A DNA stretch of 64,000 nucleotides from Octopus vulgaris (GCA_951406725.2 OX597827.1:26846001-26910000), one strand, 5' to 3'. Counted from the first letter of the stretch, positions 39,446 to 51,881 are shown. Numbers and translations are program-made. The notes: generated by a model from the letters alone, not told the origin.

Positions 39446-40804
39446 AACATTAATAACAACAACAACGCGAACAACAATACTATTTCGTATTGGTGTGAAA
39501 CAAAACCTATAAACCAATCAGTCCCTCATCAATTGTGTATTGGATAAAAGTTAAGATTGAAGAATTAATTCCCCATAATTTGGTTGCTAATAACAGAGTC
39601 TTTGTCGAAGAGGAGGCGTAGCCATGATGTTAGCCATTTTAATATCTGAATATTGGACTTGGCACATAGGAATTACATGTATACATGGCAATTAGATTTC
39701 ATTTCCTTACTACTATTAAAGATATCGATCTTGACAATTGATTGAACACCGAGTGGTAGATGGCGTTGGTGGTGATTGGCGATGATTGGTGGTTGGCAAT
39801 GGTGGCGAGAGTGATTGATTCTTGTGAGGGCGATGATGATGGTGGTGATGCTGGAGATGTCGATTGTGATGGTGGTGGAGGTGATGGTGGTGGTGGTTGT
39901 TATGAGGATGTTCATTGTGATTGTGTTGGTGATGATGATGGTGATAGTGTTGTGATGTTTATTGCAATGTTTTCAGTGTTGGTTCTTACTGAGGTGATGA
40001 TGATGATGATGAGAGTGGTGATTGAGATGGTGGTCAGAGTGAGTACGATGTTAATGATGCAGATGATGATTGTTGTATTGATGATCATGATGATAATTGT
40101 GCTTACGATGATGATGATGATGATGATGATGATAAAATAGTTCTGATTGACTAAATGCCGTTGATGGTTAATGGTTGATGATTTTTGATGTAAGCTGGCT
40201 TTTATCGTTGGTGGTGTTTAATGTCAGATGGCTGATGTTGTTAGTGGTGATGACTGGTGATAGGTGATTATTGATAAAAGATTGGTGATCGATGGCTCGT
40301 GTTGGTCGGTGGTCGATGCTTATTATTTCTATTGCTGTTGCTAATTAACCCTAGGTGGCAGCAGTTATGTAAGTGGCGGTAGTGGAAGTGGCGGGAGAGG
40401 TGATAGTGTTTATGGTGATAAACTTCGTTATCGTCGAAATGGTGTTTCTGATCTCGCTCGGGATGGAGGGTACTTAATTCTGAGGCACAGGGGCTACATG
40501 TTGTACCAGATAACTAAACCTTCATTTACACGCACACACAAGTTATTATTCTTTATCCTCACGCTTCAAATTCATTTTACCCCTCCAGGTTCACTTCCGA
40601 TTCACTACTTCCGTTTCCTACTTGCTACCCTACCTTATTCTCCTGTCTTATACTTACCTTTCTCACTTAACAAATCATGTGAATGACTTGTGGCATACGT
40701 GTTGATGATGATTATGATGATGATAAAAGTGATGATGTTGATTTATATGTGAGTCTGTGCGCGCTAGAATAGTATATTTTATACGAAACATCGTGAATTG
40801 CAAT

Positions 40805-40851
<47 letters not shown>

Positions 40852-40981
40852 GAGCAAAAATACTGGAGATTCAGCATACACTATGTAGCAAAATTGAGTT
40901 GAAAAGATGTGGGAAACATGTTAAACGAAGGCATTTCTCTTCCACTTTTTATATAAATGTTTTCCACATATTTTCAACTAT

Positions 40982-41228
40982 AAGATTGTCCCAAAGGAGA
41001 TCAAAGAGGAAAAGGATCCCATCACCTTTAAACGGAATCTGGACAGATTTCTTCAAAGAATACCGGATAAGCCACCCATACCAGGATACAACTCACTCAA
41101 CAAGAACTCACTACTTGAATGGACCATAAACAAAACTTGACATAAACAAGATTTAGATAATCCTATCAGGTGGTGCTATTAAGTTAGACATGGCCTGGAC
41201 CAATCTTTGGTCGAAACATATCTAAGTT

Positions 41229-41230
<2 letters not shown>
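40982..41230 (+). mobile_element. 5'-truncated CR1-type LINE 3' end
   Basis: 40985-41140 reads IVPKEIKEEKDPITFKRNLDRFLQRIPDKPPIPGYNSLNKNSLLEWTINKT-stop, the LP..I......FK..LD.FL..IPD.P..PGY...NSL..W C-terminus of CR1-group ORF2. A short 3'UTR follows, then (TA)n. Confidence 0.8.
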
Positions 41231-41276
<46 letters not shown>

Positions 41277-41282
41277 AATACA

Positions 41283-41506
41283 AACTGGGACAAGAACGCA
41301 AAACATTTAGAAGACGATACAAAAAACACGGGCGGGACATTCGAAGCCTTCAATCTTCAGTCAAGAACCGGATCATCCTCGCAATTTCGGCTGATTAATC
41401 TTGAGATTGCTCCAATCTGGCGCCAGCCCCAGATGCTTCGAATGTATACAAAACAAAGACGGGAAAACGGACGATGTTACACGAATATGAATGCAAAAGT
41501 AAAAAC

Positions 41507-41550
<44 letters not shown>

Positions 41551-41640
41551 GTAAAAACAATAATGATAATAATAATAACAAAAACAGGACGTCACAAACA
41601 GGTGTCTTTCGACAGGACGAGTAAACTTGAGCTGGCGTGC
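41283..41640. mobile_element. Unclassified interspersed repeat, possibly Penelope-derived, with an internal inverted repeat
   Basis: ACATTCGAAGC (41338) and GCTTCGAATGT (41435) form an inverted pair; A-rich asymmetric composition like the other PLE fragments; inserted after (TG)n. Confidence 0.4.
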
Positions 41641-41957
41641 TAGGAATTTGTCTTAGGGCAGAGAGAAAAAAATGAGTGTTGCCGTGACGACTGCTAGACT
41701 CGAAAGAGCAGCAGTCGGTCAGTCAGTCACGTGTGAGGAGAAGAGAGAGGAAAAGAGGGACAGAGGAATTAAGGAGGGGGAGAAGAGAGAAAAAGGGGAA
41801 CAAGGAATTAAGGAGGAGAAGAGAGAGAGAGCGAGAAAGAGACAGATCAAAGTGAAGTGCAAAGTATGAAAGGCAGAGAAATGTAGGAGAGTGGGGGTGA
41901 AACAGTGTTATAGAGTCGTACCAAGTTTAGAGAATATGTACTTACATATAAGACAAA

Positions 41958-42003
<46 letters not shown>

Positions 42004-42659
42004 AGTATGCCCTGACGCAGTATTCGCTACCAGATATACACGACACAGTCTTGTTCAATATTCTACTCCTATAGCGTGTTGCGTTATAACCGTATTATCC
42101 AAACAGGACATTTCACTTGCAACGACTGAAGATGATAATATTTGCGTAAAAATTTGCTGCGTAACCACTTGAAACGTGTGTATTAAATGCATTCGAGATA
42201 TTAGCAATTGGTTTTGTGGTTACTCTAACACGCGCGCGCGCTAAGAATATACTGTTCAGCCATCGTAAGTAGCAAAAGTAACATGTGACCTGAAACAGAA
42301 TTGGGAACCAGCGAAACCTGAAAATCATTTACGTTCCCGATAGCATGAAATTATTAGCAGCACAGTTACCACAACACTACACCACTACTACCATTTCACA
42401 AAAGCCAACACTGCATTAATACTATATATCTGCGTTACCACAATACCACAGCCACAAAGTTACATTAGTACTACACCAACACTACCACAACACTAACCTA
42501 TACCGTGTGTGTGTGTGTGTCTAAGTGTGATTGCGTGTGTATGTGTGTGAATGTGTGTGCGTGCTTGTGTGCTCTGTATGTGTGAGTGTATGTTTGTTTG
42601 TGTGTGTGTGCGTGTGTGTGTGCTCCAGGAAATTCATTTATTCATTATGAATCAACGAA

Positions 42660-42862
42660 AAGTCTTGAAGTCATTCGATCTGCTAGAAATAATAACAAAA
42701 TTCCGTTCAAATCACGCCCTACAATCTTAAAATTAAAAGTCAAACGGGTGTATGAAATACATACCGCACGCCTGCTTAATATTATCCTCTTGAGAATACA
42801 GTGTTTAGGAGGAATAAAATGTGGAATGGTCATAGCTGGAACGCTACTGGGACTAAACAACA
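42660..42862 (+). mobile_element. Family C repeat
   Basis: TCGATCTGCTAGAAATAATAACAAAAT..CAAATCACGCCCTAC...GAATGGTCATAGCTGGAACG..GGACTAAACAAC. Confidence 0.65.
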
Positions 42863-43631
42863 GCCAATATACAATCCTTCATCTTAAAGACTTCTTGTCA
42901 CGCCTAGATATTTCCTTTGCAGATAATTTATTTCTCTTTTACTTTTTTTGTACCCATAAAATAGTTCACAGCACCACGATAATAACTAGAACAAGAACAT
43001 CAATAACAACAACAACACCACCAGCTATGACAATAATAACGATAACACCAACATCACCGCAATAACAACAGCAATAACAATAACGACGACGACAAAAGCG
43101 CCAAAGAGCAAAAGCAGTACAAGAATAGGGCGAGGAGAGGCGCGGTGGGTGGAAACATGATGGCGTAGCTGCTGCTGCTGCTGAGGTGGCGGTGGTGGAG
43201 AAAGCGGCGGCGGTTGCTAGCTAAAGAAATTCCAGAGCAGCAGTTAAGAACGAAACAGAACATTGAAGGGAAAAACCACACCCCACCGCCATTACCGACT
43301 ATTCGTCCCTCCTCGCCACCATCCCCAACACACATACACGTCCTTATTCCCACAACTATTTATTCCTCTCCTCACCCCTGCCATCTACCCGCCAACCCCC
43401 ACACCCCCACCTATTTCTCATATTTGCCATCTTCAGAAGCTGTTCCTCTTTCTTACTTCGCTCCTGTCAATGTGGTTATTGCTGTTTATTGTTGTTGTCG
43501 TTGTTGTTATTGTTATAGCCGTAATCGTCGTCATCGTGGCTCCATCCCCCCACACGCCCTCCACCCCTGTGGCGTGGTACACCCACCACCACCACCACTA
43601 CCATTACTGCAACATGGCTTTACACCTACCA

Positions 43632-43954
43632 CTGCGACGGCAGAATCGTTAGCAAACCGGACAAAACGCTTAGCGGCATTTCGTCCGTCCTTACATTCTG
43701 AGTTCAGATTCCGCCGAAGTTAGACTTCGCCTTTTATTCTTTCGGCATCGATAAATTAAGTACCAGTGAAACACTGGGGTCGATGTAACCGATTACCCTC
43801 CTCTCCCAAAACTCCAGACCTCGTGCCTTTAGTAGAAAGGATTATTTTGTTTTTGTTTTTTTCTTTTAACTTTTGCATACTATGTAAACGTCTCTAAACC
43901 CCACACTTTATGTCTGTCTTTGTATTGTCCACCTCATCTTTTGCCCTGGTGGCA

Positions 43955-43997
<43 letters not shown>

Positions 43998-44297
43998 GTT
44001 GTTGTTGTTATTATTGATGTGGTGAGGTGGCAGAATCGTTAACACGCTGGACGAAGTGCTCATCGGTGTTTCGCCCGTCGCTACGTTCTGAATTCAAATT
44101 CCGCCGAGGTCGACTTAAGCGCCTCCCCCTAATGGGAGTTTTAATTGTTACTTATATTTCGTTGTTATCCTGCTTTTGTACACGGACTTTTTCAAACGGA
44201 CAAAACCCTTTGTAACTTTCGTCCTGTGTTTTGTCCCTTTATGTTTTAATTGATTTTTGTTAACCCTTGTGGCCGATAAGCGAACGAATTATTATTA

Positions 44298-44340
<43 letters not shown>

Positions 44341-44820
44341 CATCATCATCATTTCAACGGCTTTATCCGCCACTTTTCAACCTCCGCCGCTGCTTCCGCC
44401 ATTTTCGTACAGATAAATTACTTGAGTCAAGCACTACATTATAAAATGCCACCACCACTACTACCGCAGCTACTTTCACAACTAACTAACTGCTACTACT
44501 ATTACCAGTAAACAGTTCCCCCTCCCACTCTCCCAACAACAACAACGAAGGAGTTTCTCTTTGGATGCTCTACCGACTAAATTTGGCCGAATCGTAAGAG
44601 TGGTAGATAAAATATCTCACAGAATTTGTTCCGGCGACCTATGCTCTGAGTTGAAACCACGCCGAGGTCAAATTGGCTTTTATCTTTTCAGGGTTTAGAA
44701 ATGGTGTCAATCCTAGATGGTAGATTATTGGAACTATTGTATGAAAGTCAAACTGAATGCCTTTGTAGTATTTGTCGCGAATCTTTACATTCTGAGTTCA
44801 AATCCCACTCTAATATTTGA
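43632..44820 (+). mobile_element. Cluster of SINE family B copies (43632-43845, 44018-44117, about 44580-44700, about 44720-44810) interleaved with (ATT)n
   Basis: Repeated GGCAGAATCGTTA / TTCTGA(G/A)TTCA(G/A)ATTCCGCCGA(A/G)GT motifs. Confidence 0.75.
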
Positions 44821-44821
44821 A

Positions 44822-45234
44822 CGGCGAGCTGGCAGAAACGTTAGCACGCCGGGCGAAATGCTTAGCGGTATTTCGTCTGCCGTTATGTTCTGAGTTCAAA
44901 TTCCACCGAGGTCGACTTTGCCTTTCATCCTTTCAGGGTCGATAAATTAAGTACCAGTTACGCACTGGGGTCGATGTAATCGACTTGATACGTTTATCTG
45001 TCCTTGTTTGTCCCCTGTGTTTAGCCCCTTGTGGGTAGTAAAGAAATAGGTATTTCGTCTGCCGCTACGTTCTAAGTTCACATTCCGCCGAGATCGTCTT
45101 TGCCTTTCATCCTTTGAGGGCTGATTAAATAAGTACAAGTTATGCACTGGGGTCGATGTAATCGACTTAATCCCTTTGTCTGTCCTTATTTGTCCCCTCT
45201 ATGTTTAGCCTCCTGTGGGCAATAAAGACAAATA
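44822..45234 (+). mobile_element. Dimeric SINE family B (tRNA-like head; central GTCGACTTTGCCTTTCATCCTTTC.GGGTCGATAAATTAAGTACC segment resembling the Deu/Nin domain)
   Basis: Full monomer 44822-45048, then a second monomer starting at GGTATTTCGTCTGCC. The domain name is from recall. Confidence 0.9.
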
Positions 45235-45446
45235 TTTGCATGGTTTCCTTAATCTATAGCTATGTTTGGCCCCTCCACTTGCAACCTTTGATATCTTTAG
45301 TGGAGTCCAGTCTACTACAACCATTCAGGTCAGGTCTACTATCTGAGGAACCCTTTCCCCTTTTTTCTAGCCTTGGAATTTCATGTAATGAAGTTAAGGG
45401 CACTGCTCTTCCCTCCTGACAAGAAAATACAAAATAGTAACCATCA

Positions 45447-46035
45447 GCGCGGGAGTTGCTGCGTGGTTAACAAGCTTGCTCCCCAGTAATGTGTTCTTGG
45501 GTTCAGTTCCACAACGTGACACCTCCGCCTAGTGTCTTCTTCTATAACCCTGGGCCGACCAGAGCCGTGTAATGAATTTATTATACGGAAACTGAAAGAC
45601 GCCCCTCAAATACACACACACGTACACTTGTTAATATCGAAGCAGTGAGAATGGGTACCACATACCGCATTGGAGAATAAATATTTCTTTATTTGTGGGT
45701 TAATAAGGCGACCAATGGTTTCATGTAAAGAGGAAGCTCATAAAAATTGTCAAGCCTGTCACATGGGAACGTTGGTACTCGTCTCCATTTTGGAGGAGAA
45801 TGCATATAAATATTCGTGTGTGTCTTTGCGTTTGTCGCACCACCACCGCTTGACAACCAGTGTTGGTTTGTTTACATCCCTGTAACCTAGCGGTTCAGCA
45901 AAAGAGACAAGAGAATAAGTTATCAGGCTTTAAAAATAATTAAAAATAAAACTGCTGGCGATTTGTTCGACTAAAATCCCTTCAAGACGGTGTTCCAGTA
46001 TGGCCGCACTCCAATCATTGAAACAAGATAAAAGC
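45447..46035 (+). mobile_element. SINE family A with an internal insertion (about 45630-45810)
   Basis: Head GCGCGGGAGTTGCTGCGTGGTTAACAAGCTTGC and tail GTAACCTAGCGGTTCAGCAAAAGAGAC...CCAGTATGGCCGCA. Confidence 0.75.
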
Positions 46036-46399
46036 AAAGAAACCTCCCACGTATCACCCCACCACCACCATCGTCTTAGGCAATATGCTCCCTGTTGTAA
46101 AAAGGAAAAAGGCGGAATAGTCATGGCTGGCATGTCTTTGATTATACGTGTGCCTTTTAGGGTTTAACTAAGGATTAAACTACCGCGACAACTACACACC
46201 ACCTCTACTACATCCCATGTCATATATGACTACTGTCGACTGACGATCGAGGTCTTTCTTTCTTGCTAGATTTGTTAGAAGTAGCAGCTAAATTCCCCTC
46301 AGATCATTCACTGTTGCCTTTGTAAAGGTCACGTAAAATAATGTGGTCTTGCGGTTCCCCCCTAATTGTAGGGCTGCTGGATCACGGTTGAGCTGTGAT

Positions 46400-48275
46400 T
46401 GAAGGCCAGCAGCAGCAGCTACAGCAGCAGCTACAGCAGCAGCAGCAGCAACAACATCAACAACAGTATAAGCCTTACAATGCAGACTATTGGACCATCA
46501 GCAACATCGCCACCATCACAGCACCAAGAACAAACAACAAAACAGCAAAACCTTTACAAAAACAAGGTCTATACCATACAGAACAATTAGATAAATGATG
46601 ACAATCGGTGACAAGGTCGTGGCTAGAACGATTTTAACTATAGACTGAGATGTGGTGCGTGGTAAAGATGGTATGAAGTGATCTTAGTTGCTTAGTCACA
46701 GGCAAACATTGAGAGCCGACCAAGGGTTAAACAGCAACAACAACGAACAAACCACCATTACTACCACCACTACCACCACCTCCTACTACCACCGACACAA
46801 CTGCTACTACTACAATCACCACCACAGCAACCATCACATTATAAACTTACAACCACTACCACTACCACCAATACAGCACCACCCTTGTTATTATTATTAT
46901 TATTATGATTATTATTATTACGATAAATATCTACTACTACCGCTACCACTAGCACAAGAACCACAATTGTCACCACTGCCAACATACAAACACCTTCACT
47001 ACCAACACCACTGGTTATACCACTGCCAGCACTAACATTTCCACTAGCACCCCAGTTTATAGTAGCTCCGCCGCCGCCGAACTGCCATCACTACCACCAC
47101 TGACAACCACCACCTATACAACATTGGCATCAAAAGCGTTATCACCATCATCATCATCGTTAACGTGAGCAGCGGCGGTGGTTGTGGTGATGGCGGCGGC
47201 GCAATGGCAGCAGTGGCAGCAGTAGCAGCAGCAGCAGGCAACGTAGCCAAGTCAGCATCTTCATCATCGTCACCATCTCCCCCATCACTATTGATGACAG
47301 CGTCAGCGGCACCAACACAAGCAGCAGCAGCAGCAGCCACATTCCACGCATTCTCTCTGACCAAGAAAGAGTCGATAGCAAGTAAAATTACGATATTGTA
47401 ACAACAACAACAACAACAACAACAGCTGCATCAATAACAGCAGCAGCAGAAGCAGCAGCAATAATAACTGCAATGGTATTAACAGTGACAGCAGCAGCAA
47501 TAAAACCTGCAACCGCAGCAATACCGACAGCAGCCTAACAACAGCGACTGCAACTTTATTAGGTGCAGCAGTAACAACGACAGCAACTGTAACAGCAAAA
47601 AGCAAATGTTTCCTTTTAACATTAGCAATAACAAAGTCAATAACAGTACTGTAGCAGTGACTGTAACATCAGTGACACGGCAACGACAGCAGTGTGACTA
47701 CAACGGCGGCACTGTATCAACTGCAGCAGTGTAACAACGACAATTGTACAGTAACAGAACAGGCGCGCTGTAACAATAATAGCACTGTAACAAGAACGGA
47801 GGCAGTGTAACAATAGCGTTTTACAATAATGCTGTGACAACAATAGCAGTGTGACAAAAACAGACACAGTAACACAATAGCTCAGTAACAACAAATGTGA
47901 CTAGAACAGTTACAAAAGAATTGTAACAACAGCATCTTGCAAATAGCGTTGTAACAGCAATAGCACTGTGACAAAAACAGTAACACAATATCACAGGAAC
48001 AAAAGCTGTGACTAGAGCTGTTACAAAGAATAACATAAATGAATGACATGGGACAGATGTTGTTATGACCGTAGCTGCAATTGCTAAATAATAACTGATG
48101 TAACTAAATTGAAACAACAGCAAAAATAGCTGTTGTAACAAGGGACTTAATAAATAATGAGATCAGAAACAATGGGTAAACGTGTAGCAATAATGGCGTA
48201 AATATCCACAGTAAACAACAATAGCAAGCAGAGCGCCATCTGTAACAAGACTAGTCGCATCAGCAACAGCAGCAG
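46400..48275. repeat. Low-complexity trinucleotide-derived region (CAG/AAC/ACC/ATT)
   Basis: Cryptic triplet periodicity throughout; produces poly-Q/A/S/L ORFs. Confidence 0.8.
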
Positions 48276-48475
48276 TGTGGAGGCGCAATGGCTCAGTTGT
48301 TAGGGCAGCGGACTCGCGGTCGTAAGAAAGCGGTTTCGATTCCCAGACCGAGCATTGTGTTTATTGAGCAAAAAATACCTAAGCTCCATGAGGCCTCGGT
48401 GTGTGTGTGGGGGGGGGGGGTCCCCGCTGTACTCTTTCACCACAACTTTCTCTCACTCTTTCTTCCTACTTCTGC
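48276..48475 (+). mobile_element. tRNA-derived SINE family D, 5' half
   Basis: A box TGGCTCAGTTG, B box GGTTTCGATTCC, then a body matching the minus-strand copy at 10100-10440. Confidence 0.8.
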
Positions 48476-49966
48476 CACAAAGCAGAGGAACCATGGCGTA
48501 ACCCACTATGGTGTGGTAAACTTTCAGACTCTAGTCTAGATTGCGAATCCTCTGTACCCCAGGATGGTTCATCTCCCCACCCGTTAAAAGCCACCGTGCA
48601 ACAACCAGTCTATCGCGTGTGGTGGGTGGATCTTCAAGTTGCCACACGCATTCTTAGTAGCTTAGGCTCGAATTAGAGATTATTCTTTGAGTCCTGATTA
48701 AAAGAAGAAGAAGACGGCAGCAGTAACGGTAATAACAATATTAAGAGGACCTGTAAAATGAACAGTAAAAACAAGAGCAGCAAGTGTAGCGATTGCAGTA
48801 ACATGAAGAATAACAAAAATATAAACACGAGCAGTTGCAACAACAAGATCAGATACAAGAGGAAGAGAAGAGAGGATGAGAGCAGCTAGATTAGTAACGA
48901 TAACAACAGGGATAGAATAACAGTGATTATAAGAACTAGAGAGAATGACAACCATATGAAACAATGAAGCAACAGGGGTCCCTGTAGGCTTAGGGATGGC
49001 GGGGACCTAGTTTAGTGCAAGAGGGATCGTTTGATATATATGTAAGCAAACCAAAAATAATAGACAAGATAAGACAACAAAAATCAGTCGGATGTGCAGA
49101 GTGAATGTATTAGATTGGCGCTCAGTGAACGTTTTAGATGGGAAAATAGGAGTAGAGGTGACGTTTCGGACATGGTTCTTCGTCGGAATGAGGGAAAGAG
49201 GAGAAAAAGTAGGAAGGAGTAGATAATCCGGAGAATTGCGCGTGGGTCATTACATTGCCTCTGTGTGTGTGTGTGTGTGTAGTTGATGTCATAAGAATTT
49301 ACAAACTGTCGAGAGAACGTGAAATAATGCTTTTTTAGAACAGAGAGCTATGAATAATAGCATGGATTGAAATAACTGGATTGAAAACCCTATTGAATAG
49401 AAGAGGTCTATTAGAGATCTGCCCGTGGGACACGAACCCACTTATCTTGTAGACACGACTTTGATATTTTTTCTCCAAAGGGTTTATCAGCTCAATATTT
49501 ACATGCTTTTATTAACACAGAGAAGAACCGATCAGGGCACGTCGTCGAAAAGGTCGCTGACTTTGAAAAACGAACTTTGGGAAACCAACCAACTCAGTGA
49601 AGAAACCTATCGATTACTTCTTTAGTTAACTAAGAGCTTGGTTATGAAAAATATTAATACAACTCCTTGGCGGCATGACCTTCACAATGTACAAATCACA
49701 GGCACTAAGAGAGTGTACGCGTTCGTATATATACTGGTGTATGTGTGAAATGAAGAGACTACGAAGAAGACTCCAATAACAAACACTGAGAATGTGTGGC
49801 GGGGATGTATGTTTCCATCCATCCAGCGGTGTAGCGGTTTCTTCGTGTTATCACAGTGGCAGCTGGAATGAGAGGTCAAAATACCGATCCCTGGTGACGC
49901 TGTGTTAACATAGGGAAACAGTTGTAACATGTGTGTGTGTGTGTGAGTGTGTATAAAATTCTGGCT

Positions 49967-50476
49967 TAGAACTGTGGATCTCGAAGCATATAATTCTATA
50001 GATAACAGGATGTTAATATTGGGCTAAAAAATTCTTTTGATAGAAAAAGTCGAAAGCAACCTGCAGGACGCGAACCCACATCTGTAAACAACTTTATGCT
50101 TTATCTAAGACTTTTTTTAGCTCAATATTTATCGTACGCGGACAGGATTCCCAATGCACTTTTGCCGAAGGAGAAAAAGCCGAAGCCAAGAAGCCCAACG
50201 GACAAAATAATAATAATAAAATAAAAACCATTCCTGCCTACATAGTTTAATGACCAATTGACTAAATTAACAATTAAGATTTAACGAGCTTAAATTTTAA
50301 TTTTCGTATGTCTTTTCGGTATCTTGTCTGTTCGGCTTTATGTCTGTTCGGCTTTATGTCCGTTCGGCTTCATGGCTTCTTATTCTTCGACAAAAGTGCA
50401 TTCAAGATTCCGTCCGTGTACCATATTTATACACTGTTATCTATATAGTTTCTTTGCTTCGAGATCCACAGTTCCA
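49967..50476. mobile_element. Palindromic MITE interrupted by a younger MITE
   Basis: Left arm GAACTGTGGATCTCGAAGCA...TATAGATAACAG...AATATTGGGCTAAAAAA pairs with a right arm split into 50100-50132 and 50431-50474. Confidence 0.75.
50133..50422. mobile_element. MITE with long TIRs, 15-bp subterminal repeats and an 8-bp TSD (Merlin- or MULE-like)
   Basis: TSD ATATTTAT at 50125-50132 and 50423-50430; TIR GTACGCGGACAGGATTCCCAATGCACTTTTGCCGAAG / CTTCGACAAAAGTGCATTCAAGATTCCGTCCGTGTACC; three copies of TGTC(T/C)GTTCGGCTT. Confidence 0.8.
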
Positions 50477-51843
50477 GTTTAACACAGTCATGCAATCAGG
50501 GCTTCTAGGATGCCTTTCGCAGAATCCTGGTTGTTTCAAGCACAGAGGCCATGTACCCCCTTTTCCCCCCAATAGTCACAAAACGTCATAAAAGGTGTCA
50601 AACAAGCTTCCTTCACAAAGCCACATGAAAACAATTTTAGTTTTTCGAAAATACTTCTTGCCTAGTTTTGAGCGTACAATATCGTTTAAGAGGATGATGA
50701 TGATGATGATAATGATGAAATGGTGGTGCTGATGGTAGTTGCGTAAGTGATGATACTGGTTATTGTTGTGATGGTGATGCTGGTAGAGAAGGTGTGGTGG
50801 TGTTGGTGGAAATGTAAATAGTGGTGCGGTGATTCAGAAGATATTGATGGTAGTGGTGGTTGAGGCTGTTGATCTCGTTTTTGTTTTTTGTGGAGCGGTG
50901 TTGAAGGCACTGGTGGTGGTGGCTGTATGAGTTGCGGTGCAGTTTGGCAGTTTGTTGTGGTTGCTGCTGTGGTGGTGGTGGCGGTGGTGGTGATGTTAAG
51001 TTTTGCTGCAACATAGGAAAATTAGGTGAGCGCGCGCAAGTGCGTATGTTTATACGAGAATGCATATCTATATACGAGTATGTATGTGTGTATATTCATA
51101 TGTATTAGTGTGTGTGTGTATGTGTGTTCGGATTCCTATAACCTCGCGAATATGTATAAGGGGTGGGTGGGTGGGAAACCAAATGGGTCGTAGTAACAAT
51201 TGATGTCGGTGGGTACGATACCGAACGGGGAGAGGGGGCAAGGAGCATGATGTAATAGCAGGGGGAGGGGGAAGGTGCTGCAAGCGGGTGGGGCGATGGG
51301 TGCGGGGAAGGAATAATTGAGTCGGCGGCTTTTCCGGTTTATTTCAAGGAGTTCGATTTCCATTGTTCTATCATAATATTAAATGATAGCTTTCTATTAT
51401 CTTAGCTGTTTGCTGCAGTTACAATAGCTAAAAATCATCATGGGTGTGGAGGGGGCGAAATCCGTCCCCACACCATCACCACCACCACCACTATCATCAT
51501 TACCACTACGGAAAACAATGACAGGAACCAATCAGGGAGCCTGTACGAGGTCGATCGGCATGCAAGAAATAATAGCCACAAATCTGGCTCGGATTTGCGC
51601 TGTATTGTCTTGCAAAATAAATATATAAATAAGTTAATCAATTAATTAAAAATGAAGGAAAAAAGTGGTTATATTTGTGAGGGTAGTCTTAGGTGCAATA
51701 CGTCTGATTTAAAAAGACAGGATGGTCGTGGCTAGAGCGCCAAACAACATCTATTATTGACGACGCCGCATTTACACTACCTTCAACAGACGACACACAC
51801 CGATACAAATTCCAATACTACCAAAACCACCACCATCACCATC

Positions 51844-51881
<38 letters not shown>

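Noticed and set aside
46395-46598. Poly-Q ORF
   Set aside because: A (CAG/CAA)n tract following a family C repeat tail, with no further coding evidence.
47066-47401. Poly-Gly/Ala/Ser ORF resembling a transcription-factor low-complexity region
   Set aside because: It is embedded in a 2-kb triplet-repeat zone, open on both strands, with no recognisable motif or convincing splice sites.
48276-48350. tRNA gene
   Set aside because: A and B boxes are present, but there is no complete cloverleaf and it runs into a SINE body seen elsewhere in the window.
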